64,000 nt of DNA from Candidatus Hydrothermarchaeota archaeon (lineage in GTDB: Archaea; Hydrothermarchaeota; Hydrothermarchaeia; Hydrothermarchaeales; BMS3B), in contig WANX01000002.1 in the NCBI GenBank assembly GCA_015521565.1, forward strand, positions 7,308-71,307, in the 5' to 3' direction. The translations under genes were made by a program, and so were the position numbers. The notes below the pieces were generated by a model that made no database searches, was not told the origin of the DNA, and saw only the letters and a list, made by a program, of their open reading frames with translations. How positions within the stretch are numbered: the stretch's first letter is position 1; each line of letters opens with the position of its first letter. Positions 63,398 through 64,000 of this stretch are shown one piece after another.

Positions 63398-64000
63398 ATG
63401 CTCCTTATAGCATTTGAAGGGATAGACGGGTCAGGCAAGGGCACCCAGTCCAGGCTGCTTGCCAGATGGCTCAGAGACAGAGGCCATGAGGTGTTCCTCA
63501 CCCGTGAGCCCACCGATGGACCAATAGGAAAGCTGCTGCGGGAGGCGCTGCGCACCTCGTGTTTCCACCCCCGCACAGAGGCGCTGCTCTTTGCCGCAGA
63601 CAGGAGTGAACACCTGCGGGAGATTATGAGACACCTGCATAAAGGGAGGGTGGTGATAACCGAGAGGTACCTGTACTCCTCACTGGCGTATCAAAGCGCC
63701 TCGGGGCTTGAGCTGGAGTGGTTGAGGGCCATAAACTCCTTTGCTCCGGAGGCCGACCTTGTGCTCTATCTGGACGTGGAGCCAGAGGTTGCGCTGCGAA
63801 GGATACTATCCCCGGGCACCCTCCGCGCTGTAAGCGGTAAAAAGGAGCATTTCGAACGGAGGGAGTTTCTGGAGAAGGTAAGGAGGATATATCTGGAGCT
63901 GGCTGAAGATTCAGAAAATTTTGTCGTGATTCCAGCAGACGCCAGCATAGGCGAGGTTCAGGCAGCTGTCAGGCGCCGGGTTGGCAGACATCTGGCAGCT
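63398..64000 (+). CDS. tmk: Thymidylate kinase, 3'-truncated by the window end
   Basis: P-loop FEGIDGSGKGTQ, DRY-like motif and lid region. The ORF runs off the window. Confidence 0.85.
   Translation, partial: MLLIAFEGIDGSGKGTQSRLLARWLRDRGHEVFLTREPTDGPIGKLLREALRTSCFHPRTEALLFAADRSEHLREIMRHLHKGRVVITERYLYSSLAYQSASGLELEWLRAINSFAPEADLVLYLDVEPEVALRRILSPGTLRAVSGKKEHFERREFLEKVRRIYLELAEDSENFVVIPADASIGEVQAAVRRRVGRHLAA

Overview
This is a densely coded ~64 kb window of high-GC (~60%) archaeal DNA, with genes on both strands. The archaeal assignment rests on these recognisable genes: RPA and RadA recombinase, tRNA(Ile2) agmatidine synthetase (TiaS), ribosomal protein S3Ae, the soluble heterodisulfide reductase subunits HdrC and HdrB, a membrane HdrE/HdrD-like (DsrM/DsrK-like) pair next to a lipoprotein pentaheme cytochrome c, Mre11-Rad50, ATP-dependent DNA ligase, ThiC, the GatCAB amidotransferase, CobT, a futalosine-pathway (menaquinone) mqn cluster, a tRNA-His that encodes G-1, and a ~1450-aa beta-helix surface glycoprotein with a PGF-CTERM-like anchor. 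A Methanosarcinales- or Archaeoglobi-like lineage is only a guess from gene content.

The most striking element is a ~2.1 kb AT-rich (~30% GC) insertion at 8.3-10.45 kb. It is flanked by a perfect 10-bp direct repeat (aaataacatt). It carries two translationally coupled genes: an AAA_21/OLD-type ABC ATPase of 464 aa and a 162-aa protein with a minimal Toprim-like signature (conserved Glu plus DxD). I read this as a split OLD/PARIS/Gabija-like candidate anti-mobile-element module, and it has the hallmarks of a horizontally acquired defence islet.

Other points worth a second look:
- A perfect 141-bp tandem duplication adds two Cys-rich modules to the C-terminus of the HdrD/DsrK-like protein.
- An ABC-2 permease is fused to a CPBP intramembrane protease domain.
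- A radical-SAM / LplA / GcvH-like / radical-SAM operon looks like a LipS1/LipS2 or LbpA-type lipoate assembly system.
- A large protein combines a membrane domain, two Ig-like domains and a KaiC-like (DUF835-like) domain.
- A PAS / histidine kinase / response regulator operon is coupled to a FlaI/VirB11-type ATPase.
- The two mqnC/mqnE-family paralogs share near-identical nucleotide patches, which suggests gene conversion.

No CRISPR array, rRNA or transposase was seen. Many long antisense ORFs in the six-frame track are high-GC artefacts.
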